Shown here piece by piece: positions 61,601 to 64,000 of a stretch of 64,000 nucleotides of DNA. A program made the translations under genes and the position numbers. The stretch covers positions 36,656 to 100,655 of the forward strand of contig DF237287.1 of the NCBI GenBank assembly GCA_000708835.1, in the 5' to 3' direction. Numbering within the stretch: position 1 is the stretch's first letter; the number at the start of each line of letters is the position of its first letter. This DNA comes from Klebsormidium nitens (taxonomy: Eukaryota > Plantae > Klebsormidiophyceae). A model generated the notes under the pieces. The model had not been told where the DNA came from. It searched no databases and saw only the letters and a program-made list of their open reading frames with translations.

Positions 61601-63037
61601 GTCGCCCCCCATCGTGCTATCCTTTGTCCCGCTCTCCTCGCCGATCCTGGGCCCCTTCCCTAGTTGCGCCCGCTCCTCTGGCCCCGTCAGGCCGTCTGCG
61701 GCGCCCCCGATCGGCGCCAGGGGGAAGCTCGGTTCCGCCTTCAGGAAGGTGCTGACGTCAGGCCGTGGGGGGAGGGTCTTGGGGTCCGATTCGGGGGTCA
61801 GCTTCGCTACGGTTTGTACCAGGTCCTCGTCAACGTACTTGAAGTAGGCGGCGCGGGTGTTGTAGATGGCGTTGCGAGCCGTGTGCATCACGGGGAGCTC
61901 GAGGCCTTCTTCCAACCCGGGGTTGGAGTAGGGCGCGTACTGAGGGACGACGTGGACTCGGCTCTGGTCTTCCTCCTCCCACACCTTGAGCCGGTCGTCG
62001 ATGACGATCGCCATGGAGGGGTTGCAGCACACGCCCGAGAAGACCCCCAGGATCGACTTCTTGATGTCGGGACGCACGCACACTACGCGCTCCCGCAGGG
62101 CTCCCCACTCGATCAGGCGGCCCCCTGGGTCCAGCAGCCGCCACACCTCCCAGGCGTACTCCTTTTCGGATAGCGTGCACACAAACGGCTCAAAGCGCTT
62201 GCGCCCCTTGATCAGAATATACTCACGCAGGTCCTCCCAGAAGGGCCGGATCTTGATCAGCACGCTCGTGTCCCGGTTGGTGGGGTTGATGCGCGTCAGA
62301 ATGACTCCGTCAGGCAACCTGATGATTGGCCGCTGAAGAACGACACCGGGAGTGACTGCAGACGGCGCCTCCTCGTACTCAGCCTCAAACTCCTTCTCTT
62401 CAATAGTCACCTTGTTGCGATCCATGTAGTCCCTCAGCAGGTCTTTGTCCCTCTGTAGGCTTGCTGACTCGTCAGCGTACTGAGCCTGCTTCTCAGGGTC
62501 AGGCTCGGCCCTCAGCCTCCTCTCCGCGCTCGCAATGCGATCATCGAACGACTTCATTGTGTTGGCGATGATGAGTGTCTCATCAAGATCGAAGACTAGA
62601 GCCAGCGTGCGCTGGTTGAGCATATTGCAGCAGACAGAGTACTGGCCTGTCCTACAAACATAGGCCCAGAAGTATGGCCTGGACTCCGTCGACTCTACTG
62701 CGACCAGGTGCAGTTCCCGTCCTTCGATGTGGACAAAGAGGCTCTTCCTGTCTTGGATACAGGAGTTGTGCACAGACTTGAACTCTGACCAAGTTGATTC
62801 ATCAGCAGAAAATGGAGTGACTTTGAACAGCACGCCAACCTCGCAGATTGTGTGCAGGATGACCTGGGGGGAGAGCCTATCACTGGGGATGGAGAAGGTG
62901 GAGAGTTGAATGGAGGGAACAAACCGCTGGATTAACCAGTTCACATCCATGGAGGACGTGAGTAAGGCATTTGTTAGCAGTTTGGGGCCAAGAAGAATGT
63001 CAGTCCGGAGAATCACCGTGTTGTTTGCCATGTTCAA
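55660..63037 (-). CDS. CPL1: RNA polymerase II CTD phosphatase-like 1/2 (FCP-type phosphatase + two dsRNA-binding motifs); middle exons and 3' end approximate
   Basis: LNQRTLALVFDLDETLIIANT (DxDxT), VIDDRLKVW; dsRBMs ...VTAQVLMQGRVVGEGHGPNKRLAKHNGARQVL (about 57560-57770) and ...GPPHKKTFTFQVKVDGVPVAVASGPSKKVAKQHAS (56811-57100). Confidence 0.88.
59145..59432 (-). repeat. Degenerate copies of a CPL1 exon 3' end plus donor
   Basis: AAGGAGCAGGCGCG.CTGCAACA.GCCCTACAG|GTGGGTC.CGCTTCG at the real donor (59506) and at 59380; more decayed copies near 59310 and 59160. Confidence 0.8.
59639..59658. other. Assembly gap (20 N) inside a G/C-rich Pro-rich CPL1 exon
   Basis: Run of N; the reading frame differs on the two sides, so the gap length is not exact. 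Confidence 1.
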
Positions 63038-64000
63038 TCAATGGACTGGGGGGTGCAGTTTCAGGATGCTGAAGGCAGTAATTGGGGTGTGTGGTTTCAG
63101 GAGGCTGAGAGTAGTAAGGGTGTCAGTCAAAGATGGAGACTCCCGCATGAAGGACAAGTACAGGGTATGCAGCAACTGTCTAGAAGTTGGTTAAGCCGAA
63201 GGATGCTATTGTATGAATGTGTCAGCATGTTGCAAAAGGAGCTGAATCGCAACATGGAAGAACATTCAACCATGGCAAGGGCACCTTTTCCTTTCAATAG
63301 TTTGCGAAAAGCAGCTTAGACCTTGAAGGTGGTTCAACGGGTGGGTGAAAGGCGGCTACGCAGGAAAGGAATTGATGTGAGTAGCTGAGTTAACGGGTTT
63401 CACGTGGGTAGCTAAGATTCAGAAGGGAACGTAAATAACACATGGCATTAGCCCATGGTGGCGCCATTGTTGCTTCTTCAAGTTCAAGAATCAAGTGTTG
63501 ATCGAACATGATGAATTTGCCATGCATCTCCTCAGCCAGCCTTCAAGTTCCCGCCTTCACCTCGTCTACAACGCCGCCATAACCGCCGGGTTTGCGTCCG
63601 ACGTGTTCTGGTCTTATGTAGCTGATTCTCCAATATGTTAGCACAGTTTCGAGAAGCGCCTACAAACATGTGTGCTTATACCGGTACAAGCGAATGATTC
63701 ACCGGTTTCCACAAGATAGTTCAAATTAGTCCAGAAGGTGACTAAGAAGAGTCACCGGTCGGGTGGACCAGAGCGTATATGGGGGAAATATGGGCAGGCT
63801 GTGAGCTCTTGCGCCTGCCGTCTACTGAGCTTTCTGCCGGAATTTGCCCAGCGTTTAGTACGCTTGAAATTGATTCGAACTCTGAAGTGGCGCACCAGAT
63901 TTCAATTTCTCCCTCATTCGGGCACCATTTTTGGTGCTTGAAGGCTCTCCGTGAAGCTCTCCATGGCAGGAACACAACTCCGCAGGATGCTAGTGCCGCT

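Noticed and set aside
1-64000. tRNA, rRNA, snRNA or prokaryotic/viral insert
   Set aside because: No cloverleaf or T-loop context, no rRNA or U-snRNA signatures and no operon-like intronless cluster noticed by eye; tRNAscan-SE/Infernal were not run.

Overview
Eukaryotic, intron-rich, gene-dense nuclear DNA with GC3-rich exons, GT-AG introns and land-plant-like proteins. It is most consistent with a streptophyte green alga such as Klebsormidium (inference from composition, not a database match). Nine protein-coding genes could be spliced together by hand: PRT6/UBR 3' end (+), phosphomannomutase (-), TRM5 (-), CLC-d (+), PARP2 (-), CSN3 (+), two head-to-head paralogous secreted proteins (-/+) and a CPL1-type CTD phosphatase (-). 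The best candidate for an undescribed system is the divergent pair at 43349-53499: signal peptide + 6-Cys knottin-spaced module + one or two allene-oxide-cyclase/dirigent-like barrels, sharing a 2.2-kb spacer with about 35 GTAC motifs. A second recurring signal is 'splice-junction echoes', degenerate tandem copies of exon-intron boundaries inside introns of at least five genes, some of which could act as in-frame cassette or micro-exons. There are also two small TIR element families, a minisatellite at an assembly gap and a degenerate unassigned region. No rRNA, tRNA or CRISPR array was seen. All exon models and counts are manual and need RNA-seq or HMM confirmation.
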